Of a stretch of DNA of 64,000 bases, positions 17,571 to 28,048 are shown in pieces. Position numbers and translations under genes: made by a program. The stretch's first letter is position 1; each line of letters opens with the position of its first letter. The stretch lies in NCBI GenBank assembly GCA_041916675.1, contig JAYRZB010000005.1, positions 121,789 through 185,788 of the forward strand, read 5' to 3'. Under the pieces are notes generated by a model, which did not search any database, was not told the origin of the DNA, and saw only the letters and a list, made by a program, of their open reading frames with translations. This stretch comes from Devosia sp. Lineage in GTDB: Bacteria; Pseudomonadota; Alphaproteobacteria; Rhizobiales; Devosiaceae.

Positions 17571-18391
17571 GCGCCGGACCGGCCAGCCTGATCGGAATTA
17601 TTCAGGACTCCGAGGAGTTCCGCACCAACAGCCATCGGCTTGCCGATTTCGCCCGGGCCGTGGATGACACCAACCCCGCGCATTTGACCGGTCAGTATGC
17701 GCCGCCGGTGTTCCACCACATTCCGGTCATGCAATCGATGATGGGGGTGATCGGCAGGCTGACGCAGGGCTTTGTCATGCATGGCGAGCACGACTTCGTC
17801 TTTGCCCACCCGATGGTGCCCGGCATGCGGCTCTTCACCACTTCAAGTCTGGTGGGCGTGCGCGGCATCAAGGCGGGCCTTTCCTTCATCATCCAGTCCG
17901 ATATCCGCACCGCGGATGGCGCGCTGGTCTCAAGCCAGTTCAGCACCTGCCTCGAGCGTGGAACCGCGTCCGATATTGCCGTCGGCACCTTTCCGCCCGC
18001 TCGCCCAAAGCCCGAACGCGCCGGTGCTGCCGAGGTGCGCTATGCGCTCACTAGTGACCAGACGCGGCGCTATGCCGATGCGGCGCGGGACTATTCGCCC
18101 TATACCATCGATCCGGCAGTGGCGGCCCAGCACGGTTTCCCGGCCCCGATTGTCCATGGCATGTGCACGCTGGCCTTCGCGGCGCGGGCCATTGTCGACG
18201 CGCATTGCGGCGGGCTGACGCCGCGGCTCAAGCGGCTCGGCGCGCGCTTTGCCCACCCTCTTTTCTTGTTGCCCGGCCAGACACTGACCGTGTCGCACTG
18301 GGCCGGGCCGGACGGGACAGTGGGCTTTGAGGCCATCGACCGGGACGGAAACGCCGTGATCAGGAACGGTTACGCGGAGGTTTCGGCATGA
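17567..18391 (+). CDS. double hot-dog MaoC-family hydratase/dehydratase
   Basis: 274 aa. GTGA overlap with the SDR stop. C-terminal half has the MaoC-like segment DYSPYTIDPAVAAQHGFPAPIVHGM. Confidence 0.75.
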   Translation: MSAGPASLIGIIQDSEEFRTNSHRLADFARAVDDTNPAHLTGQYAPPVFHHIPVMQSMMGVIGRLTQGFVMHGEHDFVFAHPMVPGMRLFTTSSLVGVRGIKAGLSFIIQSDIRTADGALVSSQFSTCLERGTASDIAVGTFPPARPKPERAGAAEVRYALTSDQTRRYADAARDYSPYTIDPAVAAQHGFPAPIVHGMCTLAFAARAIVDAHCGGLTPRLKRLGARFAHPLFLLPGQTLTVSHWAGPDGTVGFEAIDRDGNAVIRNGYAEVSA

Positions 18392-20046
18392 ACACCCATC
18401 CGGCCCGCCAGCAACTCGGCCTGACCGGGGCGCCCGAACGTCCTGCCGATTGGGTACGACACGAAAACATTGCGCCGGACTGGAGTGCGCTGCCGCAGGC
18501 GCACCTGATCGAGATCGTGCACAAGGGCTGCCTCGAGGACCCCGAGCGCCCGGCCATCATCATCGATGGCGGCCCGGTAATGACGCGGCGCGAGTTGCTC
18601 GACCAGTGCCAGCGCTTTGCCGGCTATCTCAGCACCCGCATCAAACCCGGCGACCGGGTGGTGGTGATGCTAGACAATCGGATTGAGTTCATGGTGGCGC
18701 TCTTCGCCATCATCGCCAATCGCGGCACCTTGGTTTCGATTCCGCCCACCGCCATGGCGTTCGACGCCGGCCACATCGTCAAGGATGCCCGTCCTGTGGC
18801 GGCGATCGTGGGGGCCGCGCAAAGGCAGGTGCTCGACACAGTGCTGCCCGACGCGCCGTTTCTTGAGCACATGATCGTGGTCGAGGGTGATGAGCCGAAT
18901 GGGCTCGCCCCCTATCAGGACGCGCCCGCGCTCGATTTTGGCGCCGTGGCCTGCGAGCGTGAGGACATTGTTGCGGTCTACTACACCTCGGGCACTACCG
19001 GCGCGCCGAAGGGCTGCATGCTGCATCACGGCTGGTGGATGCGCATCATCGATCTCGACCTGCGCCTGTTCCGGCGCGGCTGGCAGGACCGGCAGCTGTG
19101 CTGCCTGCCGTTCTATTATGCCGACCCGGCGCTGCAACTGCTGACATCGCTGGCGTCGCGCGGCACCATGGTGGCGATGCGGCGCTTTTCGGTCTCGCGC
19201 TTCTGGGAGGTGGTGACGCGCTATGATGCCACCGAAATCCTCTCGATTGCCTCGATCCCGGCGCTGCTGCTCAAAGGCGTACCCGGCCCGGCCGAGCGCG
19301 ATCACAGCGTGCGGCTGGCCATCCATGCGGGCCTGCCCAAGGAACTGCATCAGGAACTGCTCGACCGCTATGGCTTTCACTGGCTCAATCAATATGGCAG
19401 CACCGAGGGCGGAATGATGAGCCGGGTGCCGTTGCACCTGGCCGATGACCTGGTGGGCACCGGCACTATGGGCGTTGAACCCCCGGGGGTGACGGTGCGG
19501 CTGGTCGATGAGAACGACAACGACGTGTCCGTGGGCGAGCCCGGCGAATGCCTGATCGGCGGGCCGGACCTTTATGCCGGGTACCTGAACCGCCCCGAAG
19601 TCACCGCCGAGGCCAATCGCGGCGGCTGGTATCATTCCGGCGATATCGCCCGGCGCGATGAGCGGGGCCTGCTCTATTTCGTGGGCCGCAAGAAAGAGAT
19701 CATCCGTCGCTCGGGCGAGAATATTTCGGCGGCCGAGGTTGAATCCGTCCTGCGCTCACATCCAGCAGTCGTCGAGGCTGCGGTGATCCCGGTTCCGGAC
19801 CAGTTGCGTGGTGAAGAGGTGAAAGCCTATATCCAGTTCCGGCCCGGAGAAGCGCTGGCACCCGAGGCGGTGATTGATTTCTGCAGGGCCAGGCTGGCCG
19901 CGTTCAAAATTCCGCGTTTCCTTGAGTTTCGCGACACTGACTTTGAACGGACGCCCTCGATGCGCGTTCAAAAGCAGGCCCTGCTCAAGGAGAAATCCGA
20001 TCTGCGCCAAGGCGCCTGGGATCGGGAATCGGGAACATGGATATGA
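18388..20046 (+). CDS. AMP-dependent acyl-CoA synthetase/ligase
   Basis: 552 aa. AMP-binding motif YYTSGTTGAPKG, YGSTEG, GWYHSGD. ATGA overlap with the upstream gene. Confidence 0.9.
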   Translation: MNTHPARQQLGLTGAPERPADWVRHENIAPDWSALPQAHLIEIVHKGCLEDPERPAIIIDGGPVMTRRELLDQCQRFAGYLSTRIKPGDRVVVMLDNRIEFMVALFAIIANRGTLVSIPPTAMAFDAGHIVKDARPVAAIVGAAQRQVLDTVLPDAPFLEHMIVVEGDEPNGLAPYQDAPALDFGAVACEREDIVAVYYTSGTTGAPKGCMLHHGWWMRIIDLDLRLFRRGWQDRQLCCLPFYYADPALQLLTSLASRGTMVAMRRFSVSRFWEVVTRYDATEILSIASIPALLLKGVPGPAERDHSVRLAIHAGLPKELHQELLDRYGFHWLNQYGSTEGGMMSRVPLHLADDLVGTGTMGVEPPGVTVRLVDENDNDVSVGEPGECLIGGPDLYAGYLNRPEVTAEANRGGWYHSGDIARRDERGLLYFVGRKKEIIRRSGENISAAEVESVLRSHPAVVEAAVIPVPDQLRGEEVKAYIQFRPGEALAPEAVIDFCRARLAAFKIPRFLEFRDTDFERTPSMRVQKQALLKEKSDLRQGAWDRESGTWI

Positions 20047-20456
20047 AGATCGGCGACATCCTTGGCGAGTGGGACTATCAGGTCGAGGCCGGCAAAGTGG
20101 CCGAATTCGGCCGGGCGGTGCATGACATCCATGCCGGAAAGACCAAGATTGCTCCGCCGACCTTTCCCGTCGTCGCCTCGGCCGAATTCGTCGAAAGGCT
20201 GGTTACCGAAATTCTCGGGCTCGACCGCACCCGCACCGTGCATGGCGAGCAGGAATACGAGTATTTTGAGCCGATCAGGGTTGGTGATAAACTGCATTGC
20301 ACGGCGCGCCTGACCGGGGACGAAACCAAGACCGGCAAGCGCGGTGGGCGGATGCGGATTGTGACCACCGAGATTGAATATGTCTCGGCGCAGACAGGCA
20401 CGCTGATCTGCCGGGATGTGACGAGGTCGATTGAAACCGCCGCGGTGCCGGCATGA
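20037..20456 (+). CDS. MaoC N-terminal-type (FAS1-like) hot-dog subunit, probably non-catalytic
   Basis: 139 aa single hot-dog. Overlaps neighbours on both sides, which suggests a HadA/ChsH-type heteromer with the next gene. Confidence 0.7.
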   Translation: MDMKIGDILGEWDYQVEAGKVAEFGRAVHDIHAGKTKIAPPTFPVVASAEFVERLVTEILGLDRTRTVHGEQEYEYFEPIRVGDKLHCTARLTGDETKTGKRGGRMRIVTTEIEYVSAQTGTLICRDVTRSIETAAVPA

Positions 20457-20842
20457 CCAGGGAGCCGGTGCAGCCGATCACCTTCCCGGCCCTCACCCGC
20501 ACCGACCTCGTGCGTTATGCCGGGGCGTCCGGAGACTTCAACCCGCTGCATCACGATGCCCGTTTTGCCGCTGCTGGCGGGCTCAAGGACGTGATGGGGC
20601 ACGGCATGCTGTCGGCCGGGCTTCTGGCCTCGGCCCTGACCCGCTGGTTTGGCCCGGGCAGCGTATTGCGGTTCAAGACGCGTTTCAGGAGCCCGGTCTG
20701 GCCCGGCGACGTGCTGACGGCGCGTTGCCTGTCCATGGTCAGCAATCCGGAAGGATCGCACCTGGTGCTCGAACTGGTGCGTGGTGACAGCGATGTGGTG
20801 CTCACCGCCACCGCGACGGTTCGTATAGGGGAGACGCGTTAG
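20453..20842 (+). CDS. MaoC-family (R)-specific enoyl-CoA hydratase subunit
   Basis: 129 aa. YAGASGDFNPLHHDARFA hydratase-2 motif. ATGA overlap with the upstream hot-dog gene. Confidence 0.85.
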   Translation: MTREPVQPITFPALTRTDLVRYAGASGDFNPLHHDARFAAAGGLKDVMGHGMLSAGLLASALTRWFGPGSVLRFKTRFRSPVWPGDVLTARCLSMVSNPEGSHLVLELVRGDSDVVLTATATVRIGETR

Positions 20843-20844
20843 CC

Positions 20845-21312
20845 ATGCCGGCCATTCAAACCACCATCCGCCAGGCGGCGCCCGGCGACCGCGATGGCTT
20901 TCTGGAAATGTGGGCCGATTTCGTCGCCATGATCCCCGGTGAGCCGGGCAACCACACGATGGGCGCGCTCAACTGGGAGCGCATCATTAATCCGACCCAT
21001 CCGCTCGAATGCATCCTGGCGGTCGATGCGGCGGGGCGGGCCCATGGCTTTACGCTCTATCTGGCGTTTCCCTTTACCTGGAGCACCGGCAATGTCTGCT
21101 ATTTGCAGGATATCTATGTGCGCGGGGAAAGCCGGGGCAACGGCATTGCCCAGCAGTTGATCGCCCACCTGAAATCGATCGGCGAGGCCGAAGGCTGGTT
21201 CAAGATTTTCTGGATGACCCAGCACGACAATGCGCCAGCCCAGCGCGTCTATGATAAGGTGGCCAGGCGGATGGACTATATCCGCTACGACCTGACCATC
21301 GCAGAACCCTGA
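20845..21312 (+). CDS. GNAT family N-acetyltransferase
   Basis: 155 aa. LQDIYVRGESRGNGIAQQLIAHL is the acetyl-CoA-binding Q/RxxGxG/A motif. Confidence 0.85.
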   Translation: MPAIQTTIRQAAPGDRDGFLEMWADFVAMIPGEPGNHTMGALNWERIINPTHPLECILAVDAAGRAHGFTLYLAFPFTWSTGNVCYLQDIYVRGESRGNGIAQQLIAHLKSIGEAEGWFKIFWMTQHDNAPAQRVYDKVARRMDYIRYDLTIAEP

Positions 21313-21344
21313 GCCGCCAGCCGGGTGACCGGCGGCTCGATTCC

Positions 21345-23396
21345 TTAGTCGACCAGTTCGATCAGCAGGTTGCCGTGGCTGTCGACTTCCATCTCCTGCT
21401 TTTCCAGCAGCAGGACGGTGGTGGTGGGCAATTCCAGTACCGCCGGACCCTTGACCTTGCCGCCGGCCCCGATCAGGCCTGCGTCATAGATCGGCACATC
21501 CTTGAATCCCTTGCCCAGGTAGACCGGGCGTGACCCCTTGGGCGTGATCTTGCCCTTGTGCCTGGCAATGGCCGCCCCGCGCCGTTCCGCCCCGCCGGTG
21601 TCGCCAATGGCGCGCACCTTCCAGGTGGTGAACTCAACCGTGTCGGCTTCGTCCTTGATGGTATAGATGCGCTCATGCTGGGCGTGGAAGGCGGCCACCA
21701 GCTCCTTGAGTGCGCCCTTGCCCAGCTTGCCGGTTGCGCCATCAATGGGCACCTCGATATCCCAGGACTGGTAGAGATAGCGGCCCTGGAAGGCGAACTC
21801 GAAGCGCTGGTCTTTCCCGGCAATGCCGGAGCGCTTGAGGAACGCTGCGCCGCGCGCCTTCAGAGATGCCAACAGAGCGTTGACGCCTTCGAGGTCGAAA
21901 TGCCGATCGGTGGTGTTGAGCGTGCCGGTCTCTTCCCAGCGCACGTCTGAAATCAACCCACCATAGGCGCTGAGCCCGGCGGCAAAGCGCGGCACCATCA
22001 GGCTTTTGATGCCCAGGATGCGGGCCATGTCGCCGATATGGCAGGCCGTGGCGCCGCCGCCGGAGACGACATAGCTTTCGCGCGGATCGATGCCTTCGTT
22101 GACCGTGATGTCTTCAATCGCCCCGATCATGGAGTGATTGGTGGTGGTATAGATCGCATAGGCCGCTTCCGGCACGCTGATCTTGAGCTGTTTGGCGATC
22201 TTGCCGATGGCCGCTTCCGCCTTGGCGCGGTCAAGCTTGATGCGGCCGCCGAGGAAATAGTCCGGGTCGATGATGCCGAGCACCACATTGGCATCGGTCA
22301 CCGTGGGTTCGGTGCCGCCGCGGCTGTAGCAGGCCGGGCCGGGCACGGCGCTGGCGCTGTGCGGGCCCACCCGCAACAGGCCACCGGCATCGACCCAGGC
22401 AATCGAGCCGCCCCCGGCGCCGACCGAGCGCACATCGATCTTGGGAATGCCGAGCATTTCCATGCCGAAGGTGGCCTCAGGGGTGACCACCAGATGCCGG
22501 TTGCGCAGCGCGGAAACGTCAAAGGTCGTGCCGCCCATATCCACCACGATCACATCGCTGGCAGTGGTCAGGTTGATGGCGGCGATGGGAGCCAGCGTTG
22601 GTCCCGACATCACCGAATAGATCGGGCGCTCGACAATGGCTTCGGGCGGCATCATGCCGCCGACGCAATTGGCAATCAGCAGTTCGCCTGCATAGCCCGC
22701 ATCTTTGAGCGCTTCGGTCAGCTTGCCGACATATTCGCTGACGATGGGGTAGAGCGAAGCGTTGATCGCGGTGGAAATGGTGCGGCGGTATTCGCGCGGA
22801 ATGGGGTTGAGCTCATGGCTCAATGTCACCGGAATGCCCGGCAGCTCTTCCGCCAGGATCTCGCGCACCCGCCGCTCGTGGCTGGGGTTGACGATCGACC
22901 ACAACAGGCACACGGCGATGGCCTCGACCTTGACGGCGCGGAAATGCGCCGCAGCAGCCCGTACATCGGCTTCGTTGAGCGGCTCGATCTCGTTGCCCAT
23001 GGCATCGATGCGCCCATGCACTTCGAAGGTGCGGTTGCGGTGGATATAGGGTGGGGGAAAATCGATCTTGATGTTGAAGGCCCGTTTGCGCGGGGATTCG
23101 CGCAGGGTCAGGATATCGGGGTGGCCGAAATTGCAGATCAGCCCGGTCGGTGCCACCTTGCCCTCGACCAGCGCATTGGTCGAAACCGTCGTGCCGTGCA
23201 CGATCATGTCGGTGTTATCGAGGAAGGTCTTGAGGTCCATGCCGTGCGCCCTGGCGGCCACATCAAGCACGTCGATAAAGCCGCGCTCGAAATGGCCCGG
23301 CGTTGTCGGCGACTTGTGGATTTCAAGGTCGGCACCATCGCGGTGCAGCACCAGGTCCGTAAACGTCCCGCCAATATCGATGCAGGCGACAAACAT
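21345..23396 (-). CDS. hydantoinase/oxoprolinase family protein, A (HyuA-type) subunit
   Basis: 683 aa. MFVACIDIGGTFTDLV N-terminus and VVDMGGTTFDVS second ASKHA phosphate motif. Confidence 0.9.
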   Translation of the reverse strand: MFVACIDIGGTFTDLVLHRDGADLEIHKSPTTPGHFERGFIDVLDVAARAHGMDLKTFLDNTDMIVHGTTVSTNALVEGKVAPTGLICNFGHPDILTLRESPRKRAFNIKIDFPPPYIHRNRTFEVHGRIDAMGNEIEPLNEADVRAAAAHFRAVKVEAIAVCLLWSIVNPSHERRVREILAEELPGIPVTLSHELNPIPREYRRTISTAINASLYPIVSEYVGKLTEALKDAGYAGELLIANCVGGMMPPEAIVERPIYSVMSGPTLAPIAAINLTTASDVIVVDMGGTTFDVSALRNRHLVVTPEATFGMEMLGIPKIDVRSVGAGGGSIAWVDAGGLLRVGPHSASAVPGPACYSRGGTEPTVTDANVVLGIIDPDYFLGGRIKLDRAKAEAAIGKIAKQLKISVPEAAYAIYTTTNHSMIGAIEDITVNEGIDPRESYVVSGGGATACHIGDMARILGIKSLMVPRFAAGLSAYGGLISDVRWEETGTLNTTDRHFDLEGVNALLASLKARGAAFLKRSGIAGKDQRFEFAFQGRYLYQSWDIEVPIDGATGKLGKGALKELVAAFHAQHERIYTIKDEADTVEFTTWKVRAIGDTGGAERRGAAIARHKGKITPKGSRPVYLGKGFKDVPIYDAGLIGAGGKVKGPAVLELPTTTVLLLEKQEMEVDSHGNLLIELVD

Positions 23397-23405
23397 CAGT
23401 TTCTC

Positions 23406-24446
23406 CTATGACTTGGCAGGTGCGGCGGTCGGCTGGCGCTTGCGCGGCCAGCCGATTTCAGTGTCGCCCAAAAGGCCCGACGGGCGCAGCACCAGGATGA
23501 TGAGCAGCAGGGCGGCGAGAACAATTTCCTGCAGCCCGGGCGGGGCGGAAATGGCCATGCCACCAAGCTCGATTCCGCGTTCAACCGTGCGCAGCAGTTC
23601 CGAGACGGTCGAGACCAGCACCACGCCGACAAATGCCCCGGTCAGGCTGCGCATGCCGCCCACAACCAGCATGGTCAGGGTGACAAAGGTGAGATCGAGA
23701 TAGAAAGTATTGGCGGTGATGGTGCCGATAAAGTGCGAGAACAGCATGCCACCCATCGCCACCACCATGGCGCTGATGACAAAGGCGATCAGGCGTTCGC
23801 GGCTGATATCGATGCCGGTTGCGGCCGCCGCGACCTCGTTTTCGCGCGCGCAGCGCGCCAGCAGCGAATGCCGGGTCAGCCCATAGATGGCTGCCACCAG
23901 AATGGCCAGCGAGGCACCCCCGAACGCCACCCAGAGGTTGGTGTAGCGCGGCAGGCCGACCAGCGCCTGACGGCCCCCGGTCACCTGCTGCCAGTTCGAT
24001 GCCACGACATAGACAATGATCAAAAGGGCAAAGGTGGCCATGGAGGGGGCAATGCCGCGCAGGCGGGCAAGCGGCCAGCCGACCAGAAACGCCACCACGC
24101 CAACCCCGATCAGCACGATCACCATGGCCATCGGCCAGGGCAATTGAATGGCCTCGACCATGCCGGGCAGGTCGAGCAGGGCGCCCTTGCGGGCCGGGGC
24201 GAGGGTGAGAATGGCCGAGCTGTAGGCGCCAAGCGACATGAAGGCGACATGGCCAAACGAGAAGATGCCGGAATTGCCCACAAAGATGAACAGCCCGACC
24301 ACCACGACCAGCTTGATCATGGCCTCGATCACCGTGCGCTGCAGGGCAGGGGGCACAGTGGTGGCGACAAGAGAAATCACCAGCAGGGTGGCGATCAGGA
24401 TCGCCGCGGTCTGCAGGGGGCGCAGGGCGGAATCTGCCATGGTCAC
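23406..24446 (-). CDS. branched-chain amino acid-type ABC transporter permease (LivM-like)
   Basis: 346 aa polytopic membrane protein with LivM-type topology and sequence. Confidence 0.9.
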   Translation of the reverse strand: MTMADSALRPLQTAAILIATLLVISLVATTVPPALQRTVIEAMIKLVVVVGLFIFVGNSGIFSFGHVAFMSLGAYSSAILTLAPARKGALLDLPGMVEAIQLPWPMAMVIVLIGVGVVAFLVGWPLARLRGIAPSMATFALLIIVYVVASNWQQVTGGRQALVGLPRYTNLWVAFGGASLAILVAAIYGLTRHSLLARCARENEVAAAATGIDISRERLIAFVISAMVVAMGGMLFSHFIGTITANTFYLDLTFVTLTMLVVGGMRSLTGAFVGVVLVSTVSELLRTVERGIELGGMAISAPPGLQEIVLAALLLIILVLRPSGLLGDTEIGWPRKRQPTAAPAKS

Positions 24447-25320
24447 ACGCGCTCCCGGTTGGCTTTGCTCATCAGCAGCCCATCAGGCCGCCAGAGCAGG
24501 AACAGAATAAAGATCAGGAAGACGAAGGCATCGCGATAGGGGCGCAGCTCAACCGGCAGATAGGCCTGAAGCGAGACGGAGACGACCCCGACAAGGAAGC
24601 CGCCAAGCGCTGCACCGGCGACCGAGCCCATGCCCCCGATCACCGAGGCGACAAAGGCGATCAGGACGATCGAGACGCCCATTTTGTAGGAAACGCTGCC
24701 GGTCTGGGCCACCAGGTAAATCGAGACCATGGTGGCCAGCACGCCCGAGATGGCAAAGGCAAAGGCGATGACGCGGTTGGCGCGCACCCCGACCAGCCGG
24801 GCCATGGTGAAATCTTCGGCGGCGGCCCGCATCTGCAGGCCGATGCGCGAGAATTTAAAGAAGGCCACCAGCCCGCCCATGAGCAGCAGGGTGACAATGA
24901 TGGTGACGATCTGCAGCAGCGGAATGCGCAGGCCGCCGAACTCGATGGCTGTGCCCAGTTCGGAGAGGAACGATACCCCGATGGCGCGCGAGCCGAAGAC
25001 CAGGAGCACGATATGCTGAACAAAGTAGGACACAGCGAACGAGGAGATCAGCAGCGTCGACGGGCTGGCCTTGCGCAGCGGGCGAAAGGCGACTCGCTCC
25101 ATGCCGAGTGCAAGCAGGGTGACCACCATGATGGCGCCCAGCATCATGACCAGCAGCGGCTGGCCGGAGAGGGTGAACAGCGAAAAGCCACCCACCATGA
25201 TCAGTTCGCCATGGGCGAAGTTGATCAGTCGCATGATCGAAAAGATCAGGCCAATCCCCAGTGCGGCCAGCGCGTAGATGGCACCAAGGCTGATGGCATC
25301 GATGGCGTTCTGCAGAAAGA

Positions 25321-25324
<4 letters not shown>
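24443..25324 (-). CDS. branched-chain amino acid-type ABC transporter permease (LivH-like)
   Basis: 293 aa. MIFLQNAIDAISLGAIYALAALGIGLIFSIMRLINFAHGE is a typical LivH N-terminus. Confidence 0.9.
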
Positions 25325-26046
<722 letters not shown>

Positions 26047-26049
26047 GGG

Positions 26050-26805
26050 CTAGTTCTCCTCGCCAAAATAGGCGGCGCGCACTTTCGGATCGGTGCGGAT
26101 TTCGGCTGTCGTGCCCTCGGCCAGCGTACGGCCGAGCTGGAGCACGTGGATGCGGTGGCAGAGTTCGAACACCAGCGACATGCGATGCTCGATAAACAGG
26201 ATTCCGCAATCGAGTTTATGGCTGATGTCGCGCACGATCTGGGCCAGTTCGGCGCATTCATTGTCGTTGAGCCCGGCCGCCGGTTCATCCATCAGCAGGA
26301 ACTTGGGCCGCATGGCAACGGCCCGCGCAATGCCAACCCGTCGCTCCTGACCAAAGGGCAGGGTGCCCGCGGGCCGGTCGAGCTGCTGGGCAAGACCCAT
26401 TTCCGTCAGGATGCGGACCGCCTCGTCACGCGCCTCGCGGCGGGTCAGGCCGATGGCGACGCCCCCGGCCTCGACATTTTCCAGCGCCGTCAACCCAGCG
26501 AAAGGCAAAACGCTCTGGAAGGTGCGGACCAGACCGCGCTGGCTGCGTTCGTGCGGCTTCCAGCCGGCAATATCGATGCCGCCGAGCCTGACGCTGCCGC
26601 GGGTGACGGCCTGGAAACCGGTCAGGACATTGATGAGCGTGGTCTTGCCCGCCCCGTTGGGCCCGATCAGCCCGAGGATTTCGCGGGGCCCGAGGGTGAG
26701 GCTGACCGCCTCGACCGCCCGCAGGCCCTGGAAGTCGACGACGATATCGTCGACTTCCAGTTGCGCCGTTGACGCCTGTACCTGATTGATCAACTGCGCA
26801 AACAT
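26050..26805 (-). CDS. ABC transporter ATP-binding protein (LivG-like)
   Basis: Walker A GPNGAGKTT, Walker B FLLMDEPAAG, LivG-type C-terminus. Confidence 0.9.
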   Translation of the reverse strand: MFAQLINQVQASTAQLEVDDIVVDFQGLRAVEAVSLTLGPREILGLIGPNGAGKTTLINVLTGFQAVTRGSVRLGGIDIAGWKPHERSQRGLVRTFQSVLPFAGLTALENVEAGGVAIGLTRREARDEAVRILTEMGLAQQLDRPAGTLPFGQERRVGIARAVAMRPKFLLMDEPAAGLNDNECAELAQIVRDISHKLDCGILFIEHRMSLVFELCHRIHVLQLGRTLAEGTTAEIRTDPKVRAAYFGEEN

Positions 26806-26825
26806 TTTCTGCTAGGTGGTCCGGA

Positions 26826-28007
26826 CTACTGAGGCATCTGGGCGGCTCGGACGATGCCGACCACATTGCCCGGCTTGCCATCCTGAACCTTGAGAAGGAT
26901 CAGGTCGCGCTGCATGTTGATGTGGTTTTCGGCCGTAAAGCTCGTCGGTCCGGCCAGCAGGGGCACATCCACGAAGCTTTCAAGGATTGGGCGCACGGCT
27001 TCGGCATCGAGCGTTCCGGCCTGTTCAACCGCATAGCTCCAGGCCTGGATCACCGAGTATCCGGTGACCGCGTGCGAGGTGGTGGGCGGAGCGCCGAACT
27101 TGGCCTTGAACTTTTCCATGAACTGGGCCACGTCGGGCCTTGTGTCATTGCCAAAGATCGAGGCGTAGGTGACGAGGTAGAAGTCCGACAGGTTGGGGAC
27201 CGCTTCAAGCCAATAGTCGCCATCCCAGGATTCCGAACCCAGCACGGGCTGGTTCACGCCCGCTGCGCGGAGCTGACGCAGGGCGCTGGAGCCGCCGGGC
27301 GGGAACGAGGCCAGCACCACGAAGTCCGGCTGGTCGGCCAGGGCCTTGATGCGGGTGATCTGGCTGGCGATCTGCGGGTCTTCGCCGCCAAACGTATCCT
27401 TGCCCAGCAGCGGCCCGGACAGTTCGGCCCAGCGGCGCTCGAAGGCGTCGGCGAAGCTGGCGTCAAAGGCAATAGTGGTATCGAGCAGCAGATAGGGCTT
27501 GCGCCAGCCCTGTTCGTTATAGGCCCATTCGGCGAGGGCCACGGCCTGTCCGGGCGCGCCGGTGGCCATGGTGAAGGCGTTCGGGCCAATGCCGATCGGT
27601 CCGAATTTGGGGTCGCCCGCACAGGTCGAGAAGGTAATCAGCGCGGCTGCGTCCGCCACCGAGGCTGCGGCCCCGCCATAATCGTAGTCGCAGGTCACCA
27701 CGACCATCTGCGCGCCCTTGTCGATGACATCCTGCGCTGCCGTTGCGCCATAGGCGATGTCTGACTTGGTGTCCGAGTAGATGAGCTCGAGCTGCTTGCC
27801 CAGCAGCCCGCCTTCGGCATTGATTTCCTCAATGCGGATTTCCATGGCCTTGGCCGGGCCTTCGTCATAAGGCGCAATGGCGCCCGACTGGGCGATGGCC
27901 GCACCGATGATGATCTTTTCCTGTGCCATGGCCGTGGTGGTGGCCGCAAGGCCCGCCGCCAGGATCACTGCACCCATACTCAAGGTCATACAATTAAGCT
28001 TAGTCAT
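26826..28007 (-). CDS. periplasmic substrate-binding protein, LivJ/amide-urea (Peripla_BP_6) family
   Basis: 393 aa. Signal peptide ending TTAMAQE, then IIIGAAIAQSGAIAPYDEG, typical of cluster-4 SBPs. Confidence 0.9.
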   Translation of the reverse strand: MTKLNCMTLSMGAVILAAGLAATTTAMAQEKIIIGAAIAQSGAIAPYDEGPAKAMEIRIEEINAEGGLLGKQLELIYSDTKSDIAYGATAAQDVIDKGAQMVVVTCDYDYGGAAASVADAAALITFSTCAGDPKFGPIGIGPNAFTMATGAPGQAVALAEWAYNEQGWRKPYLLLDTTIAFDASFADAFERRWAELSGPLLGKDTFGGEDPQIASQITRIKALADQPDFVVLASFPPGGSSALRQLRAAGVNQPVLGSESWDGDYWLEAVPNLSDFYLVTYASIFGNDTRPDVAQFMEKFKAKFGAPPTTSHAVTGYSVIQAWSYAVEQAGTLDAEAVRPILESFVDVPLLAGPTSFTAENHINMQRDLILLKVQDGKPGNVVGIVRAAQMPQ

Positions 28008-28048
28008 TGACGTTCCCTCTGTATTTTTGAGCCGGCCAGTTCAGTTGT

